Source: Polyangiaceae bacterium (lineage in GTDB: Bacteria > Myxococcota_A > Polyangia > Polyangiales > Polyangiaceae). From it: a DNA stretch of 64,000 nt. The stretch lies in NCBI GenBank assembly GCA_035063585.1, contig JAPSGB010000004.1, positions 32,001 to 96,000 of the forward strand, in the 5' to 3' direction. This document shows, one piece after another, positions 61,508-64,000 of this stretch. The position numbers and the translations under genes are program-made. Positions within the stretch are counted from its first letter, which is position 1. Every line of letters begins with the position of its first letter. The notes beneath the pieces were generated by a model, which made no database searches, had not been told where the DNA came from, and worked only from the letters and a program-made list of their open reading frames with translations.

Positions 61508-62581
61508 GTGAGACCGCTGAGCCCGATTCCGCGCCGGACCGGCACCCTCATCCATCGCGCGCTCGGCGTGCTCGCAGTGCTGGCGGCGGCTTGCGGCGCT
61601 GGTAACCCGCCGGGGCCTGCCGCGGCGGCGCCGCGCGCTCCTCACGCCGCGAGCGCGCCGAAGCCCGGAGGTACGACCCGCGCGGCGCCGCCGGTCATCG
61701 GCGCGCTCACCGCGGATCGCGTGAAGCTCGCCTGGGAGGCGGCGGTGGGCGGGTTCGGCAAGGCAGTCGCCATCGACGGCACGCTCGGCCGCGTCGCGGC
61801 CGCGAGCGGCTCACTCGTCAAGCTCTATGAGCTCGCGAGCGGGAGGCCGGCGGGCTCGCTCACCACGTGCCCCGACGTGATCCGCGGCGGGCTCGGCTTC
61901 GCGAGCCGCTCGCTCGTCGTCGTGTGCGAGTCGGGTATCCAGCGCTTCGACCCGGTGAAGCTGACCCGGCTCTCAGCGCCTCGCGCGAACCCATCGAGGA
62001 TCACGGCGGCGAGCCTCTCCGGCCATCGGCTCGCGCTCGGCCATCACGACGGCGTGGTGCGGATCTACGCGCTCGACGGCGCGCCGGCCCTCGAGATCGC
62101 GGTGCCGGGCCCGCCCATCGACGTGAAGAGCCTGGCGCTCGACCCCGCGGGCAAGCGCGTCGCGGTCGCGTGGGTGCAAGGCTCGATCTGGTGGTGGGAG
62201 CTCGCGAAGCCGGACGCCCCGCATCCGCTGGTGCGCCACGAGAGCGAGGCGGACAGCGTCGCCTTCAGCGACGACGGCGCGCTCTTCGCCGAGGAGGGCG
62301 AGCCGCTCCAGACGACGGTGTGGAGCTTCGCAGGCGCGACGCCCGCCGAGCGCACGAAGCTGAAAAATGGCGAGTGGGTGAAACGCCTACTGTTCACGCG
62401 CGATGGCAAATGGCTGATCCGCGGCGGAGCGGACGGCCTCGAGCTCGCCGAGCTCGGCGGGCCGCGGCGCGTCGCGCTCGACACCACCGGCCAGGTCGAG
62501 GACGCCGCCCTCGACGAGCGCGGGGCGGCGCTCGCCGCCATCGACCGCCGAGGGCGGCTCACCGCCTGGCGCGTCCGCTGA
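61508..62581 (+). CDS. WD40-like beta-propeller lipoprotein
   Basis: Lipobox AAA-C; repeats GHHDGVVRIY, SVAFSDDG, LFTRDGKWL. Start uncertain. Confidence 0.7.
   Translation: MRPLSPIPRRTGTLIHRALGVLAVLAAACGAGNPPGPAAAAPRAPHAASAPKPGGTTRAAPPVIGALTADRVKLAWEAAVGGFGKAVAIDGTLGRVAAASGSLVKLYELASGRPAGSLTTCPDVIRGGLGFASRSLVVVCESGIQRFDPVKLTRLSAPRANPSRITAASLSGHRLALGHHDGVVRIYALDGAPALEIAVPGPPIDVKSLALDPAGKRVAVAWVQGSIWWWELAKPDAPHPLVRHESEADSVAFSDDGALFAEEGEPLQTTVWSFAGATPAERTKLKNGEWVKRLLFTRDGKWLIRGGADGLELAELGGPRRVALDTTGQVEDAALDERGAALAAIDRRGRLTAWRVR
61525..61543 (+). repeat. Dispersed REP-like repeat copy
   Basis: GATTCCGCGCCGGACCGGC. Confidence 0.65.
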
Positions 62582-62663
62582 GCGAGCCGGGCGCGCGCGG
62601 CAGCGGCCGGCGATAGATCTTCCATGCGCGTCGCGCGTAGAAGCCTTCGTACGGGAGGCGGCC

Positions 62664-63548
62664 ATGTCAAAGAAGCTCCGATACGTGACCCTCGGCTTGC
62701 TCGCGGCGGCGCTGCTCGTCGCCTTCGCGGCCAGCGCGGACGCGCCGCGCCGACGCTGGTGGCGCCCGAGCCCTCCGCCGGATGAGCCGCGGTATCGCGT
62801 CACGCTGGAAGACCGCGCGGGCCGGCCGCTCCGGACCTTCTCTCGAGGCGGCCGCGTCTTCGTGCTGGGGGAGAACGGCGACGCCTACGTCATTCGCATC
62901 GAGAACCTCGGCGCAGAGCGCGTCGAGGCGGTGGTGAGTGTGGACGGCCGCGACGCGGTGAGCGGGGACGTCGCGAGCTTCGTGAATCAGCGCGGCTACC
63001 TCATCCCCCCGTACGGCTCGGTTCGAGTCGAGGGGTTCCGGCAGAGCCTCGACGACGTCGCGACCTTCCGCTTCTCCGATCCTTCGGACAGCTACTCCTC
63101 GCGGCGCGGCACACCGGAGAACGTCGGCATCATCGGCGTGGCCTTCTTCGCCGAGCGCCGGCGCCCGGTGGTCGCCGAGCCCCGGTGGCGCCCAAGGCCA
63201 CCCGAGCGCGCGCCCCAGCACGGTCCGCCACCCCCCCGGCCGACCGACCCGAGCGGAGCCGGCAGGCCGTCCGCGGCGGCGCCGCGGGACGCCGAGCGAC
63301 GCGCCGAGTCAGACGGGAATCTCGGCACCGAGTACGGCGAGAGCCGCTACAGCCCGGTCTCGACCACTCGCTTCGAGCGCGCCACGCCGGCGCGACCCAC
63401 GCGCATCGTGACCTTACGTTATGATGACGCCGAGGGGCTCGAGGCGCGCGGATTCGACGTGTTCCGACACCGTCGCGCTCCGGTCGTCCAGCGAGAGCCG
63501 CGCGCGTTTCCTCATGACAGCGAGCTCCGCTTCGCGCCCCCCCCTTGA
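62664..63548 (+). CDS. Secreted hypothetical protein
   Basis: GGAGG RBS, signal peptide, globular region VVSVDG...NVGIIGVAFF. Confidence 0.75.
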   Translation: MSKKLRYVTLGLLAAALLVAFAASADAPRRRWWRPSPPPDEPRYRVTLEDRAGRPLRTFSRGGRVFVLGENGDAYVIRIENLGAERVEAVVSVDGRDAVSGDVASFVNQRGYLIPPYGSVRVEGFRQSLDDVATFRFSDPSDSYSSRRGTPENVGIIGVAFFAERRRPVVAEPRWRPRPPERAPQHGPPPPRPTDPSGAGRPSAAAPRDAERRAESDGNLGTEYGESRYSPVSTTRFERATPARPTRIVTLRYDDAEGLEARGFDVFRHRRAPVVQREPRAFPHDSELRFAPPP

Positions 63549-63623
63549 GCCTCACGCGGAGCGGTGGGGCGACGCCGAAAGCTCGTCCTCCCCGCCGATG
63601 CTGTGGGTATACTACACCATCGG

Positions 63624-64000
63624 ATGCGGCCGGAGACCCCTCATCGAATACGGGTCCTCGTAGTGGACGACGAAGAGCCCGTGGCGCGCGCGATCGCGCG
63701 CGCGCTCGGGGACCGCTTCGACGTCACGCTCGCGCACAGCGTGGACGGAGCGCAGCGCGCCCTCGACCACGCGAGCTTCGACGTCGTGGTGTCGGACATC
63801 TGCATGCCCGGCAAGAGCGGGCTCGATCTCCACGCCTGGCTCGAGGCAAGCTCCCCGGAGATCGCCTCGCGGGTGGTGTTCATCACCGGCGGGAGCCCGA
63901 ATCCGAGCGAACGCGCGCGGCTCGCGCGCCTGCCGAACCCTTGCCTCGGCAAGCCATTCCATACGGAAGAGCTCGAGGACATCGTGCTTGCGGTCGCGAA
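63624..64000 (+). CDS. Response regulator receiver protein (runs off the window end)
   Basis: Manual translation: MRPETPHRIRVLVVDDEEP...DVVVSDICMPGKSG...FITGG...KPF. Confidence 0.85.
   Translation, partial: MRPETPHRIRVLVVDDEEPVARAIARALGDRFDVTLAHSVDGAQRALDHASFDVVVSDICMPGKSGLDLHAWLEASSPEIASRVVFITGGSPNPSERARLARLPNPCLGKPFHTEELEDIVLAVA

Overview
GC-rich bacterial DNA whose gene content (eukaryote-like Ser/Thr kinase, sigma54 enhancer-binding protein, many Cys-rich lipoproteins) suggests a myxobacterium, probably Polyangiaceae-like (inference). It holds about 52 protein-coding genes. I found no rRNA, tRNA, CRISPR array, transposase or integrase. Core genes include argS, sahR-ahcY-lysC, tnaA, ogt-pabB-pabC, a MacAB-TolC-type efflux operon with its own two-component system, and a lipid/isoprenoid-flavoured block at 42.6-57.7 kb. 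The standout is a small stand-alone gene at 6566-7138. It encodes a close homologue of the animal Hedgehog N-terminal signalling domain (ShhN), with apparently intact Zn and Ca ligands and no Hint domain. A lipoprotein signal would leave a lipidated N-terminal Cys in the same register as the palmitoylated Cys of Shh. Non-coding signals include a dispersed ~19-bp REP-like repeat (9 good copies), a perfect palindrome upstream of sahR, a candidate sigma54 promoter with enhancer sites, and an FNR-like box. All homology calls were made by eye from remembered motifs; no searches were run.
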